Shown here: positions 58,280 to 64,000 of the stretch, in pieces
How positions within the stretch are numbered: position 1 is the stretch's first letter
How the letters are laid out: every line of letters begins with the position of its first letter
Source: a virus
Taxonomy: Duplodnaviria; Caudoviricetes
DNA length: 64,000 nucleotides
IMG/VR virus record: IMGVR_UViG_3300025073_000989
Strand: one strand, 5' to 3'
Made by a program: the position numbers and the translations under genes
Notes under the pieces: model-generated
Database searches by the model: none
What the model was told of the DNA's origin: nothing
The model's input: the letters and a program-made list of their open reading frames with translations, nothing else

Positions 58280-58522
58280 ATGCTCTTAGGTAATTTTACT
58301 CTACTTGAACGTATAAACAGCCCCGGTAGCTTTGGATGTCGTGTTTCAGTCGATGTAACAACCGGAATGCTTTGGTGGAAAAAAACTTCACATAAAGAAA
58401 TCCGACGTGAATTGGGAGGGTTTTGGTTTTTTGTTGAAACTGGTAAGTTTACTCCAGACCACCAAGCTGAAGAGTTAGAACGGGCGTGGAGAGCAAAAAA
58501 CGAAACAAGGCCAATACGTTAA
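58280..58522 (+). CDS. Hypothetical protein
   Basis: AGGAG RBS. Confidence 0.6.
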   Translation: MLLGNFTLLERINSPGSFGCRVSVDVTTGMLWWKKTSHKEIRRELGGFWFFVETGKFTPDHQAEELERAWRAKNETRPIR

Positions 58523-58526
58523 CACT

Positions 58527-58901
58527 ATGAATTCTCCATTTATTGATCGGGCAGTAAAAGAGGCTGAGAAAGTAGAGCATAAATTCCGCCTTGGTGCTGT
58601 AATACACAAAGGAGGTAGATTATTATCTATAGGAAGGAACTATTACCAAAGAAGTGCTAGAAACCTTCATCCTCGATATTCTCCTTGGGCAGGAAGTATA
58701 CATGCCGAAGTAGATGCTATTTTAAAAGCAAAAAAAGATCTTAAGGGTGCCTCTTTAACAATAGTTCGTATAAACAAAGACAAACAGCTGATGTTAGCAC
58801 GGCCCTGCACACATTGTATGCTCTACCTTAAACACGCGGGCATTAAACGAATATATTACTCGACTAGTAGTTACCCATACGAAGAAGTGGAGAATTTATG
58901 A
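58527..58901 (+). CDS. Zn-dependent deaminase (CDA/TadA fold)
   Basis: GAVI...G.N, HAE, PCxxC (RPCTHC). Confidence 0.88.
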   Translation: MNSPFIDRAVKEAEKVEHKFRLGAVIHKGGRLLSIGRNYYQRSARNLHPRYSPWAGSIHAEVDAILKAKKDLKGASLTIVRINKDKQLMLARPCTHCMLYLKHAGIKRIYYSTSSYPYEEVENL

Positions 58902-59119
58902 GTATTAATATTAAAGTTACTTGTTGTAAAAAATGTCCATGGCTAATACCAGAAGATGAAATTATAGATGAATATCATGGGTGTTTATGTATAAATGTTC
59001 CTCCACGTTGTGGAAGGAAACTACACCGTACAGATGGCGGACATATGGTAGGAGTTGACTTAGATAAAAATAAATTAGATGTTATTCCAAGAAACTGTCC
59101 ATATAAAAATACAATTTAG
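58898..59119 (+). CDS. Cys-rich hypothetical protein
   Basis: CKKCPW...C...IP.NCP; same style as the 47871 ORF. Confidence 0.55.
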   Translation: MSINIKVTCCKKCPWLIPEDEIIDEYHGCLCINVPPRCGRKLHRTDGGHMVGVDLDKNKLDVIPRNCPYKNTI

Positions 59120-59232
59120 ATAGTAAATAACTAGTTTTTATAAATTAAAGGATACCACATATATGGATCCGCCTGTGATTGATGAAATCATAACTTTAGA
59201 ATAATTACTCTAAAACAAATTGAGGTAAACAA

Positions 59233-59409
59233 ATGAGAAAGCCTATACAAATAAAAATAGAGCTGGTAGGAGATGCTTTATATACCGTAGCCCTTTGTAA
59301 CGACGGTACTATTTGGCTATTTGATGGATTTAGCGTAGATTGGATACAACTTCCTCCTATACCACAACCAGTAGAAGACCTACCACCAGCGGAAGATATA
59401 CCAGTCTAA
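59233..59409 (+). CDS. 58-aa hypothetical protein
   Basis: GAGG RBS; ALCNDGTIW...W..LPPIP; below ORF-track cutoff. Confidence 0.5.
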   Translation: MRKPIQIKIELVGDALYTVALCNDGTIWLFDGFSVDWIQLPPIPQPVEDLPPAEDIPV

Positions 59410-59451
59410 TCTTTAGGGGATTCTGTTTAATCCTTTTCTTGGAACAAACTG

Positions 59452-59619
59452 ATGAAAATAAAAAAATTGTACCTTGTAACTTTAATTGGTATCTTATTAT
59501 CTGGATGTGCTTCATACCAAACTAAAATAGATGCCACTATTTTAGTAGATCCAGTAACAGGAAAATACTATGAAGTAATAGAAACTTATGATAGTTATCA
59601 TATTAAACCAATTAAATAA
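59452..59619 (+). CDS. Small lipoprotein
   Basis: MKIKKLYLVTLIGILLSG-C lipobox. Confidence 0.55.
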   Translation: MKIKKLYLVTLIGILLSGCASYQTKIDATILVDPVTGKYYEVIETYDSYHIKPIK

Positions 59620-59884
59620 TTGGGCACAAGTAAATTTTTTTTGTACAGGTGAGTATATGAACTCTATAGTTTATCTCTGTGTTAATTGTGATACAAAAGT
59701 AGCTAATATCTTGAAAGGTTCTAGTATGAAAAGGGGAACAGGTTTTATTTGTGATACTTGTATAAGTAGTTTAGGTATTAAAGTAAAATCTACTCCAAGC
59801 GTTTCTGGTAAAGATATGCTTGATACTTTTAATACAATTTTTGGTAATATATTTCCAACCAAAAAACCTAAGGGGAAGAAATGA
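59588..59884 (+). CDS. Zn-finger hypothetical protein
   Basis: CVNC...CDTC; likely starts at the later ATG (MNSIV). Confidence 0.5.
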   Translation: MIVIILNQLNNWAQVNFFCTGEYMNSIVYLCVNCDTKVANILKGSSMKRGTGFICDTCISSLGIKVKSTPSVSGKDMLDTFNTIFGNIFPTKKPKGKK

Positions 59885-60132
59885 GCGATAACTTAAAACT
59901 ATATTGGTATTGCGATACTTGTTTGAAGGATGGAGAATTTGAAGTAAGCGGAGATACATCTGTAAAAAGAGTCTTAACTATGGCGCTAGATGCCCATAAA
60001 AGAGCAGAAAATGAATGTGCCCAGGATACTATGTATATCTCATGCCCAAACTTTGGAACAAAAACAAGAGTAGCTTTTGATACTACAAATGAGCTGTTAA
60101 AGCTATTTCAAGAAGGACCTTTAACTTCGTAA
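59881..60132 (+). CDS. Hypothetical protein
   Basis: ATGA overlap; WYCDTC. Confidence 0.55.
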   Translation: MSDNLKLYWYCDTCLKDGEFEVSGDTSVKRVLTMALDAHKRAENECAQDTMYISCPNFGTKTRVAFDTTNELLKLFQEGPLTS

Positions 60133-60282
60133 AAATTTTAATGAATGAAGGGGATATGAAAGGTGGACCTGGAGCTATAAAGAAAAGCACTTCTAACAAA
60201 AAACTAAATAGACCTCCGCCCCCACCATGTGTAATAAAAAAAACAAAGATTAACCGTTAGTTGTAGAGCAAGGATAAAAAGA

Positions 60283-60576
60283 ATGAATAACATATTGGCA
60301 AGAAATGGAATATTAAATGGTTTGGGAGTAGCAAGATTTGGAAGACAGATTTATCCATATATACCTAAAGACTATAAAATTATTGATTCTTGTGTACACA
60401 GAAAATGCAAACAGAATGGTAGGTGTTCTTGTAGGACAACCTTTGTTATACTAAAATACGGAGTAGTTACACAAGACGTAAATAGTATACAAGAGGGGTT
60501 GTCTATCATAGAATCTTTTATGCTAGAAGAAAAATTCTTTTCTAAAGGTATTGCGAAAAAATTAGCAGATGGCTAG
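60283..60576 (+). CDS. Hypothetical protein
   Basis: 97-aa ORF whose 3-prime end overwrites a tRNA 5-prime end. Confidence 0.5.
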   Translation: MNNILARNGILNGLGVARFGRQIYPYIPKDYKIIDSCVHRKCKQNGRCSCRTTFVILKYGVVTQDVNSIQEGLSIIESFMLEEKFFSKGIAKKLADG

Positions 60577-60630
60577 AGTCACCGGCTCATAACCGGTCGG
60601 TCCCTGGTTCGAGCCCAGGTGAGCCCACCA
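60563..60630 (+). pseudogene. tRNA-Met/Ile2 (CAT) remnant lacking 5-prime acceptor strand
   Basis: Intact anticodon arm ACCGG-CTCATAA-CCGGT, T arm CCTGG-TTCGAGC-CCAGG, TGAGCCC-A-CCA; expected GGGCTCA replaced by AAAAAAT and D stem lacks 2 nt. Confidence 0.8.
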
Positions 60631-60653
60631 ATTTTTACTAGGAGACTAAAACA

Positions 60654-61175
60654 ATGGATTATTTTTTTACTGCCGATGAACACTATAGACATCACAATAT
60701 AATTAAATATACAAATAGGCCTTTTTCTTCTGTAGAAGAAATGGATGAAACCTTAATCTCACGGTACAACGAAGTAGTAAAAGACAATGATGTTGTGATT
60801 CATGCTGGCGATTTTACGTTAGCTCCAGAAAAAATAGCGGTCGCTTATATAAAACGACTAAAAGGACAACATATCTTTCTAAGCGGAAGCCATGATCGTT
60901 GGTTAAAAGGCAAAAAAAACATAAAGCAAATATTAGAACTAACTGTTGGTAAACAACTAATAGTAATAGGACACTATTGTCTCCGAACATGGGCAGCGTC
61001 GCACTATAATAGCTGGCATCTCTACGGTCACAGCCATAACACGTTGCCACCAATAGGGAAAAGTTGGGATATCGGTGTTGACGGACATAACTTCTATCCA
61101 TACTCTTTAGAAGAAATTAGAGAAATAATGAAAGACCGACCAGATAATCCTAATTTAGTAAAAAAAGTGAAATAA
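60654..61175 (+). CDS. Calcineurin-like metallophosphoesterase
   Basis: ADEHY.H, HAGDF, GSHD, GH, GHSH. Confidence 0.88.
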   Translation: MDYFFTADEHYRHHNIIKYTNRPFSSVEEMDETLISRYNEVVKDNDVVIHAGDFTLAPEKIAVAYIKRLKGQHIFLSGSHDRWLKGKKNIKQILELTVGKQLIVIGHYCLRTWAASHYNSWHLYGHSHNTLPPIGKSWDIGVDGHNFYPYSLEEIREIMKDRPDNPNLVKKVK

Positions 61176-61180
61176 ATTAT

Positions 61181-62104
61181 ATGTTATATTTTATAGATCA
61201 CGATTTTAAAGGCGAAACACTGCTAGGTGTCTTTCTATACGGTGAAAAAATATATCTAGACAATGTTCCGATAGCAGTACAAGCATATAAATTTAGAGTA
61301 TACATAAGCACAGAAGATCAATTTTTTAAAATTAATAAAACCAGTAGTGAGTTTCTGGAGTTTATTTATACCTGTAACTTATCGAAATATACTAGAACTA
61401 TAAATCGTAAACTTAATTGGTTAGGGGCAAAGTTAACTCCATTTAAAAAACTCGACTGGGAAAATCTAATAAAAGATGCTGAGCCAGCAGAATATGAAGA
61501 AATATTAAGTAGATTGCACAGGAAACAGAATAAAATAATTCCACACAAAGTTGTTTATAATGCTGGTGATTACGGATTGGGTTGTGAATTTTTTGAATTT
61601 ACAGAAGACACTGCCTCATCTTGGGCAGGCCCCTTTAAGCAGAATGGTAAATTAGGAGCATTAGTCTTACCGGAAGTAATAAACAAGCAACAAGGTTTCC
61701 CAGTATTTGATGTAAAAAAGTACTTTAGTTACTACGATTTACCGTATAATTTTGGAGAAAAATTAGATACAGACAAACAACCTGAATTTCCAAACGGAGA
61801 TTATTTTCTATGCTCATTGACTGAAGAAGAAAAAATAAACTTTTTTGATAATTTACCGCTAGAAGTAAAACATGCAACAGCACAGAATTATTATAGCAAA
61901 CTAGCTAACAAAGAAAGAATTGCAGAATACTTGGGCCGTACCCTTCCATATAAAATTTATATGTATGGTACGGACGACTGTTCCTACACAAAATGGTTTA
62001 TTAGTCTAGAAGAAGTAGAAAGAGAGCTTAACTACTTGAGAACGATGCAACCATTGAACTTTAATAGAGATATCATGGATAGAGAATATATTTTTACAAA
62101 CTAA
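61181..62104 (+). CDS. Hypothetical protein
   Basis: 307-aa ORF. Confidence 0.65.
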   Translation: MLYFIDHDFKGETLLGVFLYGEKIYLDNVPIAVQAYKFRVYISTEDQFFKINKTSSEFLEFIYTCNLSKYTRTINRKLNWLGAKLTPFKKLDWENLIKDAEPAEYEEILSRLHRKQNKIIPHKVVYNAGDYGLGCEFFEFTEDTASSWAGPFKQNGKLGALVLPEVINKQQGFPVFDVKKYFSYYDLPYNFGEKLDTDKQPEFPNGDYFLCSLTEEEKINFFDNLPLEVKHATAQNYYSKLANKERIAEYLGRTLPYKIYMYGTDDCSYTKWFISLEEVERELNYLRTMQPLNFNRDIMDREYIFTN

Positions 62105-62151
62105 AAGTAAGTTAAGGGGCAAAAACGAAAATCTTCAATAAAGTAAAAGAC

Positions 62152-62427
62152 GTGTTTTGTATTTTATTCAATATATATTTTTGGTCAATGACCCCTAAGT
62201 ATGATAAGCAATGGGATAAAGAACTAAAAGAGTTAATGCAAGTAAATAAATTTAAGAATATAGACGGATCTGATTTTAGATTTTCTCTAGGGAAAACAAG
62301 AATGTGGTGTGCAAATTATCCGTACGCTTGTTTTACTAGAATATGTAAACCAGGTAGACCAAGTAGATTTACTATTTTAGCAGCAGCTAAAAAATTTAAA
62401 CTTGATGTTGGAAGAAAACCGCTTTAA
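62152..62427 (+). CDS. Hypothetical protein
   Basis: ORF; W...YPY...GRPSR.TI motif. Confidence 0.5.
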   Translation: MFCILFNIYFWSMTPKYDKQWDKELKELMQVNKFKNIDGSDFRFSLGKTRMWCANYPYACFTRICKPGRPSRFTILAAAKKFKLDVGRKPL

Positions 62428-62465
62428 ATAAATATATTTAGTGAGAGCTATGAAATAAAAATTAT

Positions 62466-62909
62466 TTGTATAAGGATTATTTTCAAATGAAAAATATAAA
62501 TATATGGACAGATAGAAACTGTAGAATTTATGCTATAATTATGCAACAATTTAGAGCTTTTGTTAAAAAGATAGATTCTCACCTAAATATTGAAGGAGAT
62601 ACGATCTTATCGGACAGATTAAAAAAAGCATTTGCTGGTGATCTAAATAATTATGACCAACTATTAGTCATCGAAGTAGGCTCAGACGAGCAAGGTATTT
62701 TTTTAACCGATAGACTAAAAGAAAAATTTAAACTAGAAACGTTTTTTATGATGGATGAGTTTCCAAGAAGTATTTGCCTAAAAGCAATAACGAGTGAAAA
62801 TGATGAAAAAACCAAACATACGTATACCAATACCCCGGCCGGGAGGCCCCATGAAGAGCATTCGGGAGTACAACAGGAATCGATTCAAAATAGAGGATTC
62901 CTACTGTGA
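62466..62909 (+). CDS. Hypothetical protein
   Basis: ORF; start and 3-prime end uncertain (overlaps 62794 ORF). Confidence 0.45.
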   Translation: MYKDYFQMKNINIWTDRNCRIYAIIMQQFRAFVKKIDSHLNIEGDTILSDRLKKAFAGDLNNYDQLLVIEVGSDEQGIFLTDRLKEKFKLETFFMMDEFPRSICLKAITSENDEKTKHTYTNTPAGRPHEEHSGVQQESIQNRGFLL

Positions 62910-63101
62910 GGAGAATATGTATGAAGATGTATACTGTCATCTATGTGGTATGTTAGTATGTCAAACCTGTGGATGCTGTTGTAATAAATCCTGTAAAAAT
63001 TGTTCATGCCCAGAAGTAATAAAGTAGAAAACAGCTTTAAAGAGTAAAAAAAATGAAAAAAGAAAGGCTTTGGAGACTACTATATTATCTCAACCAACAG
63101 A

Positions 63102-63299
63102 ATGAATAATTACCTAGAATGTTTAGAATCAGGAGCTAAGAAGATACGGGAACTTACTGCCGAAAACGAAAGGCTGCGGGAAAGGGATGGAATGGAACAA
63201 TCAGAGAAAATTCAAAATATAATGTGGTTAGTTTTTGAGTACGCTAAAATTATGGATGGTGCCGAAAGACTATTTGGTAAAGAGAGAGAGAAGCATTAG
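63102..63299 (+). CDS. Hypothetical coiled-coil protein
   Basis: ORF; upstream ATG 63053 joins only via a frameshift in an A-run. Confidence 0.45.
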   Translation: MNNYLECLESGAKKIRELTAENERLRERDGMEQSEKIQNIMWLVFEYAKIMDGAERLFGKEREKH

Positions 63300-63340
63300 C
63301 AATAAAAGCAAGCGCAAAAGGCCAAGAAATTAGAGATTTA

Positions 63341-63577
63341 TTGGGAAAATATATTAAAGAGAAACCTTTTGTATGTGTCTACCGTGAAGGGATGAGTGGA
63401 CGTGATCGAGATAACCGCTATACAGTAGACTGGCAAGAACCAGAAGTGAAAATGTTTCCATTAGATAAAGCAAGGGCAACGTGGATTAAAGAACGAGAGA
63501 TAATTGCAGCTGTAGACCCAAATCACTACGAGAGCGGTTATGTGTTTGAGGTAATATATTCAGGCTGTAAAGCATAA
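63341..63577 (+). CDS. Hypothetical protein
   Basis: TTG-start ORF. Confidence 0.5.
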   Translation: MGKYIKEKPFVCVYREGMSGRDRDNRYTVDWQEPEVKMFPLDKARATWIKEREIIAAVDPNHYESGYVFEVIYSGCKA

Positions 63578-63585
63578 ACATAACT

Positions 63586-64000
63586 ATGGTATTTTACACA
63601 TAAAACTAGAATGTAACTGCTGTGATGGTGTATATAATTCATTTGACGTGCACTTTACAAGTGCCTGCGATAATAAATGTACTCACTGTATTGATAGAAG
63701 GTTTAGCGGTTTAGGTATAGTAAAACCGGATGTTGCGGCGATAGTGAGTACAGTCGTGGCAAATGCTCAGGGACTTGATGATGTATTATTTCTAGGTGGC
63801 GAACCGTGTTTGTACTTGGATGAGCTTTTAGATTGCGTAAGACAGATTAAAGCTAAAACAAGGTTAAAAGTTTTTGTAACTACTTCAGTACCAAAAATGT
63901 GCTATGATAGGCACGAAATTTTTTATGCGCTAATTAATGAACTCGATGGGATAAATCTATCAGTACAACATTACAAAGAAGAGGTTGCTGATAAAATAAG
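63586..64000 (+). CDS. Radical SAM protein (partial, runs off window end)
   Basis: Hand-translated: CDNKCTHC (CxxxCxxC), FLGGEP, VTT, INLSVQH; ATG 63586 is out of frame with the domain, so the start is uncertain. Confidence 0.8.

Noticed and set aside
1-64000. Genome-wide stop-codon reassignment (code 15 or code 4)
   Set aside because: Core genes are uninterrupted in the standard code, TGG is used for Trp, and TGA ends genes in overlap junctions (21621, 28158, 42198, 55241, 58898)

Overview
A 64-kb slice of a large, AT-rich, tailed dsDNA phage genome (Caudoviricetes-like; family not assignable from sequence alone) with two divergent arms. The left arm (1-37.2 kb, minus strand) holds tail/virion proteins, two free-standing homing endonucleases, the head module (major capsid, scaffold, protease, portal) and the terminase with a LAGLIDADG intein. 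It also holds a block of host-physiology genes: cold-shock protein, lysozyme, MamK/salactin-like actin, a coiled-coil protein, ClpP, a sensor-less hybrid histidine kinase, PhoH and a small alarmone hydrolase. The right arm (37.6-64 kb, plus strand) is a dense set of small accessory genes: three near-identical pentapeptide-repeat paralogues, DUF488, SLOG, an SSB-like protein, a macrodomain, an amidoligase, a deaminase, a metallophosphoesterase and a partial radical SAM gene. Non-coding highlights are a 55-bp x 7.7 tandem array with a Cas12a-repeat-like hairpin directly upstream of an HNH-RHH gene, a 161-nt tRNA-shaped RNA with a 65-nt insert replacing the anticodon loop, a 17-bp x 5.4 array at the strand switch, a tRNA-Met remnant and other structured intergenic elements. 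Many accessory ORFs carry single in-frame stops, some at evident Trp positions, while all core genes are intact. Product calls come from motif recognition by eye; no database searches were run.
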